Shown one piece after another: positions 11,701 through 23,675 of a stretch of DNA of 49,306 nt. The stretch is from Asterionella formosa (Eukaryota). Location of the stretch: positions 1 through 49,306 of the forward strand of contig NKIB01013971.1 of assembly GCA_002256025.1 (NCBI GenBank). The letters are read 5' to 3'. The translations under genes and the position numbers were made by a program. Every line of letters begins with the position of its first letter. The first letter of the stretch is position 1. Below the pieces are notes generated by a model, which worked only from the letters and a program-made list of their open reading frames with translations, was not told the DNA's origin and searched no databases.

Positions 11701-13311
11701 TTGTCCGACTACCGGTACGTCATGCACATCGCTGTAGTAGCCTGACACCAGTAGCAGTATTTCCGCCACAGTCATTCCTCTCCGCCCACCAAACAGGCGA
11801 CCCTGATCATTCCATTCTGAGCAAGCATGATTGCCACGCTGCTCCAGCACTATTGACTCTCTCTAGCTGAGTATTCATGTAGCTTCTGATACGAACTCGT
11901 AGTAGAAATGTAGCAAAGCGCGTTAGTACAAGAAAAGCATTGCTTGGCGGCAATATTGACATCATTGTCAATTACTATACAAATCAACAACGGCACAATA
12001 CCACATCTTCAATGAGTAGTCATTGATAAATGCTTTGGTTCTTATGTAGATATGTACAATCGAAACAAAACGACAGTGCGTAACTACAAACAACGATGGA
12101 AGCGATCAACACAAACCACGGAAGCAATCAAATCGGAAAGCCGATAAATACGATCTACAATCCACATTCAGTGTTTCACTGTTGTACTCACCGATTCCCT
12201 TCAACTAGCATAACAAGCAGCAGACGATGGGATCAAAGAAAGACGAACGTTGACTATTGCAAGCCAAAATATAGACATGGCGAAACCCCTTGCTTTTGGC
12301 CAGACTGAGCGCCTTCATGCTTCACTCATGCCAATGTTTTTCGTCTCCATCAAACCTGATGGTTCCGACTTTCTCTTCTGCTGTAGTCATGCTACTTATC
12401 TTTTGCTTTGTAGATACAAAGGTCCATTTCTAAACGTGTTAAAGTATCTAGTACTCTTGAGTAGTATACATCTATACTTCACTCTCAGCTAGCTATTTCT
12501 TGTGATCCACTTCTAGATCTTTAGTAAAGGTCAGAAACTCACTTTCTGCTTTACTTTATTGTGAGCTTTCTACTACTTAGAATAAGCTCCTTCCCAAGAT
12601 CCATTTTTGATCTTTCAACTTCTACTTCAATCATCTCGTCATCGTCTTTACCAAAACAATTCTGTGGTCCCTGGGAGCCACATGTACTATAACACATAGT
12701 TGGAGCATAATCATAGTTGCAGTCACTTTTGTGACTCAAACCAATGATCCCTTCACTATTTGTCACTGGTAGACTTCCGATATGCTTTGTTCATGAGCAA
12801 GGAGATCTATTATTCTCCTTTACTTTGTTCAGTTCATGGTACCCTGGTACCTGATACCAGGTACCACACTAGTTGTAAAAAAATTTCCCTGGCTGTGTAC
12901 ATTCATATCATGCCGATATATAAGCAGGCGGTATATGGACGACCTCTATGCAAAGCAAAGTTCATTGGCTGCTTATGAAATTATCCCTGCTGTGTTGTTG
13001 TCTGCTCCTCGCCTGCTGAAAAGCTACTCCAGGTTTGGAAAATGTGTATTTCTTCTGGGGTGTGTGAATGGAGCATGAGTTGAAATACCATGAGGTTATG
13101 AGGAAGCAAGGAGATCAGATATCTACAATTTCTAGGAATGACTGGTGATGAGCCATGAGGACCAGACTAATCACAGGCCCTTGCTTACCTCCCTGAAACA
13201 TAGGTGCACTTCAAAGGAATAAATAGCTGAGATGGAACATTCCATCATAGCGACTCCTACATACACTCGCATTTGATGTTTGTTGTTTTGATCATTTATC
13301 ATTCAATTAGT

Positions 13312-14066
13312 TTAGTATCCAAACGCGGCAAGTACTTCATTGACCTTGGTAAGCTCTGACTCGGCTGCTACTTCTGCCTTTCTACGCTTAGCATCCTTCT
13401 CCTTCTTCTTGATGAAGAATTCTTCAGCTTCGGCCTTTCTCTTACCTTCCAAACGCTTGAGAAGGTCAGCGTGTTTCCATCCGATGGAGTTGGCCAAGGC
13501 TCCCATGAGAGTGAAGGAACGGTGTTGCTTAAGGCGCATAATACGAAGCGCCGCAGGGATAACAACACGCTTTTGCTTGTCATATGGGGCAGGGATTCCT
13601 TCGAACGTGGAGAGACGAGTGAGAGCCTCCTGTCCACGGGCGGTCTTTTGGTTCACCATACCACGGATGGTTCTCCACACCATACGGGCAGGTGACTTCA
13701 TGTGGAATGGACCTCTGCCGGGGTTGGTGTTCATTTTCTTGGCTCGGAATTGAGCGTACTTGACACGGTTACGCATCACTGGATTGTTGCAAAAGGAAAG
13801 TGAATCAGCAAGTTAGCATTCCTCGACATAAAGCGATGGGGAGAGCCGGCGTCATACCGTGGTAAAGCACGAGAAGCAAGTAATATACAATCACACAAAG
13901 CAATTCAATGGATGACGCAATACTCACGAGATCCAGAAACAACAATTTCATCGCATCGAACAATAACAATCGACTGCCCAGCAAGGAGCTCCTTGGCGAC
14001 AATACTCGCGAGACGACCGAGAAGGTGGTCACGGCCGTCGATAACCTTGGTTGCTGTTAAAACCAT
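13312..14066 (-). CDS. RPL13A: 60S ribosomal protein L13a (uL13); join(complement 13928..14066, 13312..13778), 201 aa
   Basis: Exon 1 reads [46 protein letters not shown]. The 149-nt intron is GTGAGT...CCAG. Exon 2 has [17 protein letters not shown] and [10 protein letters not shown]. Confidence 0.98.
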
Positions 14067-14214
14067 CGTCAAATATAGAAAACCAACTAATAGCCAGAGA
14101 TGGGAAACGGCACCAATATTTTCAGTAAGAGCTAATGGGTAAACATTCGTTTAGTCGACGGAGTCCAAACCGGTTGCAGTCGAGCTATTCATTCGCATCC
14201 ATTTGCTTGTTTTA

Positions 14215-14457
14215 CATACCTGGTGGTACCTGGTACCAGGTAGACTAACTGTACACACCACACGCAGATGAGGATGAAGCAGTGGTTCGTGCTTCTGTAA
14301 TTTACTGGTCCCCTTTGTACGTGGTACCAGGGTACCAGGTGGTACCAGGTACCAGGCATATACAAGAGAGGAATACCTGGTACCGGTACCTGGTACCAGT
14401 ACCGGTTCATGCTTGAACACAAGGGTATGGTACCTGGTACCAGGTACCAGGCACCAG
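14215..14457. repeat. TACCAGG/CCTGGTA (GGTACC-rich) low-complexity array upstream of RPL13A
   Basis: Many mixed-orientation TACCTGG/TACCAGG heptamers, e.g. GGTACCTGGTACCAGGTACCAGG. Confidence 0.85.
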
Positions 14458-14527
14458 TGAAAACCTCCTGTGATTGGAGTTCTCCTATTCATTGACCATT
14501 GGCTGGGTGCATCATCCTGAAACTACC

Positions 14528-15469
14528 CTGGAAGGTCCGGTAATCAGCGAATTGCGCGCACTATATAAAAAATGCCACGTAGTGGTTTCAACCTTCTTCA
14601 TTGGAAGTCTGTCCGGCTCACCAATTCCAAAATGATGAAAATCTCAAATTATTTCAATTTATTTAGATTGCCTGTAACCATTATAAACTTTCAAACGGAA
14701 AAGCGCTGCCACCTTTCACCACAGAATCGCTGAATACCAACTTTAACTTGCTGACTGCGGCCTTTTTGTTGCTAACTGCTGACTTGATTTGCTGAAATTT
14801 GAAATATTCGCTGACTGCTGACTTTGTTTGCTGACTTGCTGACTTTGTTTGCTGACTGCTAACTTCAACATGCTGACGTCAAACAAGCTACTTTGTACAT
14901 AGGAAGAGACTGACTACTGTTACCGGTGTACGAATTGTGTCTACTTTTCATATTAGAATAACAATGGAAACACATCATCTTTTTGTTGTTGGGATACTAA
15001 AAGCGATGCCTTCTATGTTCATACTATACTATTGGGAGTTACATAGACATACCTGGTACCTGGTACTCCATACATTATAATAAACTGTGAAATCGACATT
15101 GATGCCTAAAAGATTCATTGCTATCTACTTCGTGATATTGCTACCACCATGTAACGGTACTATAGTAAAAATGCTGACTTCAACTTGCTAACTACTGACT
15201 GCTGACTTGATTCGCTGAAAATTTGAAAAAATCGCAGACTGCTGACTTCTTTTGCTGACTGCTGACATGAAATCGCTGACTGCTGACTTCAAGTTCATTT
15301 TGACAATAAAACGAGTAACGGCTTAATGTCTATGTAAACGACTATTTAAAGAATATCGGAGTGGCGCAGCAAGATTTAGGGTTCGACAATTTTTTTTTCT
15401 CGTACGTGAATCGATGAACAGAAAACGAGCAGCCTGCACGCTATGTGCGCTGATTACCGGACCTTCCTG
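14528..15469. mobile_element. Non-autonomous TIR DNA transposon (~940 bp)
   Basis: Perfect 20-bp TIR GGAAGGTCCGGTAATCAGCG at 14530-14549 and 15448-15467, with two internal blocks of GCTGACT repeats (~14745-14880 and ~15170-15290). No ORF and no clear TSD. Confidence 0.85.
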
Positions 15470-15619
15470 TACATTAGGTAGCCACCATAGCTACCAGTGG
15501 AACATATCTTTAGCTTAAGTAAAATGTTTAATATAAAAAATATCTATTTGAATAAATTTTATGAATGGCTGGATGCATATAGTTGTTGAATTAGTTTTCA
15601 ATGTTGACGTTGTTGAGTT

Positions 15620-16285
15620 CATTCATGATGAACTTGAAAACGAAGTCTATTGCACAGTGATGGGCGGGTCCGAAGTCGTTGTAGTATCTTTGTAACTGCT
15701 ATAGGACCATATTTGAGTCAGTCCTGTTCAATTTCAGGTTCAGCTTGCCCACTATCAAGAGCATGGTAGTCCAGCCAGTAAGTATCGATGTGCTTGCCAT
15801 GCAAATGTTCGGATTCTTTGCACAGTTAAAACATTTGTTGACAATGCCGTTCTCACACCATCATTAAATCTCTCTTTCCTCTTTTTGCGACAGGGTCAAG
15901 CTGCAATAAGAATATTTCTTGGAGCATGCTCACATGTATTCAATGCCTTTGCCAGCCATTTGGCATGGCATTTTGGTGTTAACATAACAGTGACCCCAAG
16001 TTTCCTCCCTAGATATTAACGAATTCCTTTCTCATTAATAAAGTCTCATTATACACCCATGATTTCGCAAAGGCTTGTAGTTCGGTCAGTTATCCCCAAG
16101 GTTGTTCTTCGACTTGCCTTCCCAGCTTGTTCGTTCTCTCTTGATTTGTTCTGCACTGTCCTTTGTCTTTGATTGGAATGGCATGCTAGTATGTGCTCAG
16201 TAGAATAAGCTCGACTTTGTTTTTACCTTTTGTGTTGACTATAATGCCTTTCAACTCCTGCTCCAGCTCATATGGTGCAACAGGA
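15620..16285 (-). pseudogene. Tc1/IS630-like DDE transposase relic (C-terminal part)
   Basis: Frameshifted segments WEGKSK, KLGVTVMLTPKCHA / MAGKGIEYM*ACSKKY, VRTALSTNVLTVQRIRTFA...RYLLA and HCAIDF match the TPKCH.E.AGEGIEY.W transposase family. Confidence 0.7.
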
Positions 16286-16415
16286 CCTGTCTTTCCCTCA
16301 GCCAGCACTCACCCTGGAACCCTAGGGAATACATAAAAAAGACAGGTGGCTAGAGAATGCAGGAATCGAACCTGCTACATCGGATGGTGCGCGAACCAAC
16401 TAAGCCATTCCCCTA
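16286..16415 (-). ncRNA. tRNA-like Pol III element / SINE-like repeat (copy A)
   Basis: The minus strand reads GGGGAATGGCTTAGTTGG (A box) ... GCAGG TTCGATT CCTGC (T-arm, B box) ATTCTCTAGCCA, then TTTTTT. The ~65-bp 3' flank is shared with the copy at 28917-29037. Confidence 0.65.
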
Positions 16416-16679
16416 TTGGTTGTTTTCATCACTTCAGCTGGAAAAGGAGAACAATTAAGGTTGGAGGGAATAAAGCAAAATATGCAAGACTTGCTTACTT
16501 TTGCTTTGTGCCACCCCTCGGCGGGACATTGTTGTCTATGGATGTTTCCCTGTTTCGAAGGATAAAATTAGTATAAAACCTATGTCAATAAGTGGTGATC
16601 ATACAGATGATTTTAAAGAGTGAATTTATGATGTTTTCTACATACCTAAACGCCTGTCATGCATCACGTTATCAGTTTC

Positions 16680-17218
16680 AGCAAAATGACCGCAACTTGC
16701 TGATGGTGAAGTGCCTGTATTAGTTCAATCATCTACCACCTCATGTATCATGCATATCATAGCTACCTGCAAGTTGCAGCAATTTTGCTTCTTCATGTAC
16801 TCATTCCCAAAACTGACAAATATTTCCCGACTTGGCAGCCATTAAGAAATAAAATTATGAAACTCTAACAGCTTGCGCCCGCAGGCCGTATAAAGACAGC
16901 CAACAGGACAACATTTGATAAATTCAGATAGTTGGGGACAAACAGGTTCTGATGAATTGTTATCATTGTTTGAAGATTGCGCATCTCTAAATTAGATGAA
17001 AAAAACATGCCAGCAGCAACTTAAACAGATTGGTCTCAATATTTTAGGCTGAATAAGATGAAAGCTAAATATAAATAGGAACACCAAGCCTGTCGGGTTG
17101 GTTTATTACACGGATATATCATCAAGACGAGACACATGCATCAATTTGGAATTGGAATCAGTATTGGCGGCACGAAGTCGTACGTGGAACTAGATATAGC
17201 AAAATTACCGCAACTTGC
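16680..17218. mobile_element. Further ends of the GCAAGTTGCGGT-TIR family (orphan end 16680-16700; possible 450-bp element 16769-17218)
   Basis: AGCAAAATGACCGCAACTTGC at 16680, GCAAGTTGCAGCAATTTTGCT at 16769 and AGCAAAATTACCGCAACTTGC at 17198. Confidence 0.7.
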
Positions 17219-17545
17219 TGTTACTTCCGCACGGCGACGGAGTATCCACTTCGTCAAGCAAGCATCCTCACTGCAATCACAATACCTCACCTTGAGAACA
17301 TCCTTGATGCCTGTTTGTTGTCCACAGATACAGAACACTACTGTTGTCTCATACTTCCAAGGTACTCCTGTATAAGCCCACTCACTCGCAGATCGCGCCT
17401 ATGCACTGACAATGATCAATTAACTGATTATCACAAGCCTGTGTATGATATGCAAGAAGAGGCGACTACAAGTACTTGAGTTAAAAGTTGATTAGCACGC
17501 AACGACGTTGCGTCTGCAAAACCAATACAAGCACTCCATCAATAC

Positions 17546-19618
17546 ATGCCGTTCAATCTCATGATTTGGCCAGCAGGTTGGAGGCACATCATTCGATGGA
17601 CATCAAAAGGACGAGTATGCTTACCAGGACATCGGGTGCGTTCGGCGAGCCAATGGAAGCCGTCAGACCGAATCAGTGGCTCCAAGCAAGATCAACTGAA
17701 AAAGGCAGAAACCCTGCTCGAGGCGCTACGAAACAAAAAGGTTACACCGGATTATGTCTTTGAGACCATAGAATCGTGGGTAAATCCAGGGGGAGCAGAT
17801 GCTCACGAGGGTGCTTTCAAAGACGCGATTTTTGTCTTTCAAGAACTTCTCCGTGAAGTCAATCTAATGCAAGAGGCAAAAGCAATCCATCGAATCGGTG
17901 TCACATACTCCTACCTTATGCACGCATTGTTGAAGACTGAGAATGAGAATTACTTCGACGACAGACTACTTGTGGCGTCGAAACTAAGGGCAGGTATGGA
18001 ACATTTAATATTGAACTCAGGTCGCGAGATTAGACTCTCGGCCGCAACTTTGAGTGCCAATTTACTATTTCTCTGCAGAACTGGAAAAATCGAAGAATCA
18101 CGGAGTATTCTATCTTCCATGATTCGGCGAGAGGACCAAGGGGACTTGGAGATGGCACCAGATCTAGTTTGTTTCAATACGATGATCAATGGGTTCGCAA
18201 GCATTGGTGCAGTGGCGGAAGCCAAAGAATTGATTCAGTTAATGATATCTAGAAAAGAAAAAGGCCGATCAAATGTCGTTCCTGACATTATTTCTCTTCA
18301 TGGAGTCCTTCAAGCATATGCAAAATCGAACATTTCTGATGCTGCTGAGCAAGCGGAGGAATTCCTTGATGGCATATCGAACTTAGCATTCCTAGTTCCT
18401 GATACACTCTGCTTTACTACCCTCATCAATATATATTCCAAATCGCGTATACATGGTTCTGCCAAGAAGGCACAACGCGTCTTGGAAAAAATGCTGCTGC
18501 TGGAGGAATATGGGCACGATGTCCATGTTGATGTCGTGTCATTTACTGCTGTGATTGATGCATGGGCCAAATCGGATGATACACACTCTTTACAAAAGGC
18601 TGAGAAATTAATTTACATCATGGAAGCTCTCGCGACCAATGGAAACAATCGAGTTGCACCAAATGTGGCCACCTATAACGCATTGATAAATGTGATTGCC
18701 AAGAGCAAGAACGTGGATGCGGGTCATCAAGCCCTTGCGGTGCTGAGGCGCATGCAGGATAGGAATGATGTCGAACCAAATGAAATCACTTTCAATTCTG
18801 TCATTTCTGCTTTAGTTCATAGTGGATTGGATGAAAGTGACACGGCGATGAATTTGCTGTCACAAATGAAAATTTCGCACAGCTGCAAACCCACGACTAT
18901 TACATACAACGCGGTTCTTCACGTGTTATCTCGGAGCAATCGGGGAGATGCACCCGAGATTGCCCAAATGTTACTTCGTGAGCTGCGCAATGACAGTTAC
19001 GCTTTGCCGTCAACAATCACATACAATAGCATAATGCAGATATTTGCGAAGAGCTCGATGCCTGATGCTGCAGAGCAGATAGAAGGTATTCTCAATGACT
19101 TGCAGGCCAATAAGAATCTACAACCTAACAAACAGAGCTATACAACGACCATTTCTGCTTGGGCGCGTAGCCATTCCCAGGAAAAAGTAAGAAGGGCGGT
19201 GGCAATTTTTGAACGATTAAAACTCGAGTACGCATCTGGGAATCAAACTTGTAGACCTGATATTATGGTCTATAACGCTCTACTTAATTGTTGCTGCTTT
19301 GCAATAGGGGGACATGATGAGGCGTCTAGAGTTGTCATTGAGACGTTTTTTGGTCTTCAAGAATCTGGAAGTGCTCGTCCTGACTCTAGAACATTTGCTT
19401 TCACACTGAAGGCATTGGGACGAAATATGGACCCTTCCGCCGCACGCGACAAGTTGCTCAAGCAAGTTTTTGATTTTGCATGCAAAGATGGGCTGGTGGA
19501 TGATGCAGTTTTGAAAGAATTGTTGCGAGCTTCAAATCATATTTTTCAGGAGGTGGTTACTAAACATGGCAGAGACGGGAGAAGGTATCCCAAACAATGG
19601 AGCCGCTGCGTGAAATAG
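17546..19618 (+). CDS. Pentatricopeptide repeat (P-class PPR) protein, probably organellar
   Basis: 690-aa ORF with ~10 repeats, e.g. PDLVCFNTMINGFA, PDTLCFTTLINIYSK, VDVVSFTAVIDAWAK, PNVATYNALINVIAK, PNEITFNSVISA and PDIMVYNALLNCC. Confidence 0.93.
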   Translation: MPFNLMIWPAGWRHIIRWTSKGRVCLPGHRVRSASQWKPSDRISGSKQDQLKKAETLLEALRNKKVTPDYVFETIESWVNPGGADAHEGAFKDAIFVFQELLREVNLMQEAKAIHRIGVTYSYLMHALLKTENENYFDDRLLVASKLRAGMEHLILNSGREIRLSAATLSANLLFLCRTGKIEESRSILSSMIRREDQGDLEMAPDLVCFNTMINGFASIGAVAEAKELIQLMISRKEKGRSNVVPDIISLHGVLQAYAKSNISDAAEQAEEFLDGISNLAFLVPDTLCFTTLINIYSKSRIHGSAKKAQRVLEKMLLLEEYGHDVHVDVVSFTAVIDAWAKSDDTHSLQKAEKLIYIMEALATNGNNRVAPNVATYNALINVIAKSKNVDAGHQALAVLRRMQDRNDVEPNEITFNSVISALVHSGLDESDTAMNLLSQMKISHSCKPTTITYNAVLHVLSRSNRGDAPEIAQMLLRELRNDSYALPSTITYNSIMQIFAKSSMPDAAEQIEGILNDLQANKNLQPNKQSYTTTISAWARSHSQEKVRRAVAIFERLKLEYASGNQTCRPDIMVYNALLNCCCFAIGGHDEASRVVIETFFGLQESGSARPDSRTFAFTLKALGRNMDPSAARDKLLKQVFDFACKDGLVDDAVLKELLRASNHIFQEVVTKHGRDGRRYPKQWSRCVK

Positions 19619-19835
19619 ATGCCGTTCAGCAGCTCTAATCGTGACAATCCATAGACAGGCTGACAAAGTGAATATAGGAAGCAATGACATATGGTCCTAA
19701 TAACGAGATCATTCACTGCAGGCAGCTATTGCTAGAGAAGATGAATCATAAAATGCATCTCAATGACTACATAGATGTCACAATGTCCAATATACATAAA
19801 TAAAAACTTTTCATCAATTAAGCCTTCACAGCAGT

Positions 19836-22800
19836 TTATTCTTCGAAGACTGTATTTCCAGCAGCATCCAGTAAATCACGATTACCCTCGGTTTGTGAAC
19901 GCTGTGACTTGCCATCGATTGTATGCAAAGCATCTTCGTTCGTAGTGAAAAGTCGTAAGCGCTTGTTTGGGCTAACATAGTTGATTCCAAGCTGCTTCCC
20001 CAATTGCATACAAAATTTGATCAGCTCCCCTTGAGAATTCAGAATACCAGGTGCATCTTGCCACGTCCTTGTGCTCCTTAATCGAACGCTGTATTCTATC
20101 AAGTCAAGATCTGTTTCAATGCTTTCGCATCGAAAGTGATTTATACCTTCCCATTTTCTTGGTCTATCTTTTACAAATTTTTCCAAAGCTGCTTTAAATA
20201 CAGAAATCACGGCGTCTTCAGTGTTGATCATAAATTTCAGGGGGATGGTTACCAATGCCCGAGGAGATCGAGCATAGTTGACAATCCTGCAGAGTGAAAT
20301 GGCGCCATTGTTCACTGTTGACACTTCATTTGTGGCTGCGAACCGAAGTGTAGTACTGAATAAATTAATGTCCTCGACGAACCAGGAGAGACCTACACCC
20401 TGATTCACAGCATTTTCTGCATTGACTATAAGAACGCGGTCTCCGAGATCGTATGGTCGCCGCACGGCGATGAGTAGAACGCCTTCAATATAGCGGGCTG
20501 TTGATGGGCCCACGGCGAAAGCTAGGGACACGAGAAGGGTTGAAATTGAAACCAGCAATGCCCAAGGGTTGAATTGTAGCATCGAAAGAATAACTAAGAG
20601 AAGAATGAAATTGAAGACGCTATCAATAATGCCTTCCAAGACTTTATCAATAACAGAGGCGTTTCCGACAGCAGCACGGAAGAAGCGTAGGCGCTTGTAG
20701 ACAGTGTCGCAACTCTATGTTGAACAACGAAACAGAAAGGGTAAGATAAAGAGTTGTTCTCAAATTGTACAGAATTAAGACAGAAACATACTTGAACAAA
20801 GACAATCAGGGACAGCTCGTTGTTTCGGTCTGGACGAAACAATTGGTAAATTGCTCGTCGCTTGGGCTCGATTTCATTTCCATCTTCGTCAATTGCCAGC
20901 AGCGCAAGCACATCGAAATCAAGAACAGCTGACTTCTTCGCTTTAAGAAGGTGGCGATAGATCTTTTGGGACGACCGGATACATGCATTTCTTGTATTCG
21001 CTGGGCCAAAGCACTCCGAAAATGGATGAGTTTCATCCATATAAGTTAATGCTTTGCGAAACTTTAGAATATCGCCAATCGACGCGTCGTTAACTTGAGT
21101 ATCTAACTTGTTCACGGGTTCGATCCACCGCTCCAAAAAATTCAACATTTTATGGCTCCCGATGGTCGTGCTTCCCTCATTGGTGCCTTCAAAATCGACA
21201 TTAACTGGGACGGCGAAACCCGATGCCGACTCAGTCTGCATTTGGATTTGTTCGTCCGTAGGTGCCGGCTTGTTTGAATAAGTTGTGTTTGCGGTTGACG
21301 CATTGTTTTTCATGAGCAGTTCGCATGTGGCGCCTACATTCTCAGAACCGACCTTTTCCTCACAAGAACCGTCCGAGGTTCGTTCGTCGTCACTGACATC
21401 CGAACCGCTGGAATCATCATCTGTAAGATCCTCGTCCTTACCTTCTAATTCTATTCCCTCCTCGTCGTTATCACTAGATGAGGTTTTTCTGAAATCGGTT
21501 TTAAACGTCACTCCTCGATTCACGCTTGTATTTCTAGGCTTGAATTTCATACTACCCCATTTGCTTTCTCCCACCGAAGGACGTCCTTTTGCTTGCAATT
21601 CCATTCCAGACCGATTTTCATCGCGCTTTGATATCGATTGAATTTCCGCCGCTAGTTCTGCGACCTCTGTTATCAACACAATATCAGCGAGAAGTTTTTC
21701 CAGTCGCGCCTTATAGTTGATAAACGTCTTTTTTCCAAAATACATGGCCACAGTCGTTCTCTTTATAGCATGCGCCAAACCAGAAAACAAGACCGCCAGT
21801 AAAATGCGCAAGTACTGAGCACTTGCCATGATGGCAGCACCAGAATCGTCTTTGATAAGTTGTATGTCTGTCCAGAATAACCAACCATCGCCATGAAGGA
21901 ACGAAATGTCAAGAAGCGCCCAGCACACGGTCAGAAATGGCCAACCTTTGGCTTGAATGATTGACAAGGTAAAAAGTGGACCCAAAAACTTGACAGACCA
22001 TTTGCTTCGAAGAGCCAATCCATCTACAAGAAAAAATTCAATGTAGATCGCCAATTCCAACATAAAAGTCTGTTTCGACAAAAACAGCAGCCACCAAGCC
22101 AACGTCGCGTTACCCGGTAAAATATCAAAGTCAGGGTCGCCCATAAAGTAATACAAGAATAAGGCGAGAAGAGCAGCAGGTACACCAATAACGGCAAAGT
22201 ATGATGCAGTTATGAATCTAAAAAATCCTCGGGCCAACGCAGCTGGATTCAACACTTCCCCGAGGCCAGCATTTCGTCGGAAGCACCAAAAGCGACTATG
22301 CTTTCGTGATTTCTTGACTTTTTTGTTGAACCCACTCTTTTTTCTTAATCCACAGCAAAACCATTTAGTCCTTGATTCCCGACTATCATTCTTGGATGCC
22401 GTGAGTGGCAATAGTTCTTCGTTAGTGTTGGCAAACGACGACGACATTCTGGAAGCTGTGTCGGTGTCAGTATCTGTGGTCGATATTTCAGATGGACTGA
22501 AGACCTTGTCAACCGCCATTGCATTTGAAATGAGTCGGTCAGCATTAGTATGAGTTGCTGCTACTTTGGACTTGCCGATGTCCCTGTTTCCGCCAACCCG
22601 GTCAAAAATGCGGTCGTCTTCGTTTTTCTTCGTCGAACTTTCCATCAACTTTCCAGCCGCCTTCATCGCTCTAATTTTGAGCGACAAGTCAGCAAGTGTC
22701 GTGTCTTCTTGATCTGTGTCAATATCAAACGGATGGTAGCTTCCGACCCGAGCGAGCGGAGGCCTTTCCCCTGGAACCGCCGGTCTCCAATTGTCTTCAC

Positions 22801-23032
22801 TGGCAGCACGTATCCTACGCTCTTCCAAGACGGTCACCAAGGTAGCTTCGGCTTCTTCTTCGAGAAACTCACCCCCGAAGGACGATGCAAAAAAGATATC
22901 CATTGTGGGAGGTTCCGATGCGAGGCGACGCGAATGGCTATTTTTCTTTTTGCGAGGTACCTCGTTAACCGCGGAAGTCGTGCTCCAAGCAGCGGCATTT
23001 TTGTCAGCGGCTGTCTTTGGGATTTGTGTCAT
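19836..23032 (-). CDS. MscS-family mechanosensitive ion channel; join(complement 20792..23032, 19836..20714), 1039 aa
   Basis: A 77-nt intron GTATGT...CATAG (20791-20715) fuses the two ORFs in frame (…IVFVQ|SCDTVYKRLRFFRA…). MscS motifs LAFAVG, RPYDLGDRV, VEDINLFSTTL and IVNYARSP are present, preceded by an EF-hand-like LFRPDRNNELSL. Confidence 0.92.
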
Positions 23033-23326
23033 TGCTGGACTGATAACAAATAGAGCTCAACGTATCGCACAACCAGATTTTAGCAAAACAGTTGCACCTG
23101 CTTAGCGCCTTTTTTGAACCGGGTATTGCTCTTTCTTTCGGGTTCTAGTTCTCGAATGGGCGGATTGCATTGCACCATTCACAAAGTTTAAAACCTCTGA
23201 GATGATGAGCGAGCTGTTGTGCCCATCAAGCAACGACGCACAACGAAGAAAAGCACCAGCAACGAGGATCTGAAAAACTGAAGAAGCTGTCATGCGCGTG
23301 GCGAGTTGAATGTAAAGTGTAATGTA

Positions 23327-23520
23327 CTACCGGTACCAGATACCTGGTGCCAGGGTATCACGGTACCTGGTACTTGGTACAGTGTGTTGTACCAGATACC
23401 GTAATCAAGGTCCCTACGGGTCTGTACCTGGTACCGGTATGAGTGTCATAATAGTGCCAGGTACTGGTACCAGGGCAGGGAGGAGTACCTGGTACCATCT
23501 ACCAGGTACCAGGTACCATG
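23327..23520. repeat. TACCAGG/CCTGGTA array in the divergent MscS/Nup88 promoter region
   Basis: Repeated TACCTGGTAC / TACCAGGTACCAGGTACC units. Confidence 0.85.
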
Positions 23521-23675
23521 TATGATAAACGTAACCTCATGTAGCTATCCATAGCTAAATATCAAAGTAGCTTACCGGTACTTATTATGCTATACATTAT
23601 TTAGCTACAAATCGTATGAACACCAAGTACAGGTAGTAACATAAAATATATTTCAGCACCACGGTAAATGTCATC

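Noticed and set aside
11760..13260. Possible decayed coding sequence between the 60-bp array and RPL13A (similar patches at 8.2-9.6, 42.9-44.0 and 46.6-47.8 kb)
   Set aside because: Multiple stops in all frames and no motif I can assign; not supportable without a translated search.
14151..14492. ORFs rich in VPGT/WYLVP (also 23322..23525)
   Set aside because: Translations of the TACCAGG simple repeat.
16351..16415. Functional canonical tRNA genes (here and at 28976-29037)
   Set aside because: About 10 nt too short, with no proper D or anticodon arm and a spacer that differs between copies. Reported as tRNA-like instead.
10325..23105. Antisense ORFs overlapping proC, RPL13A, PPR and MscS (e.g. 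10325..10654, 13340..13753, 22550..23053)
   Set aside because: Shadow frames of well-supported genes with no recognisable motifs.
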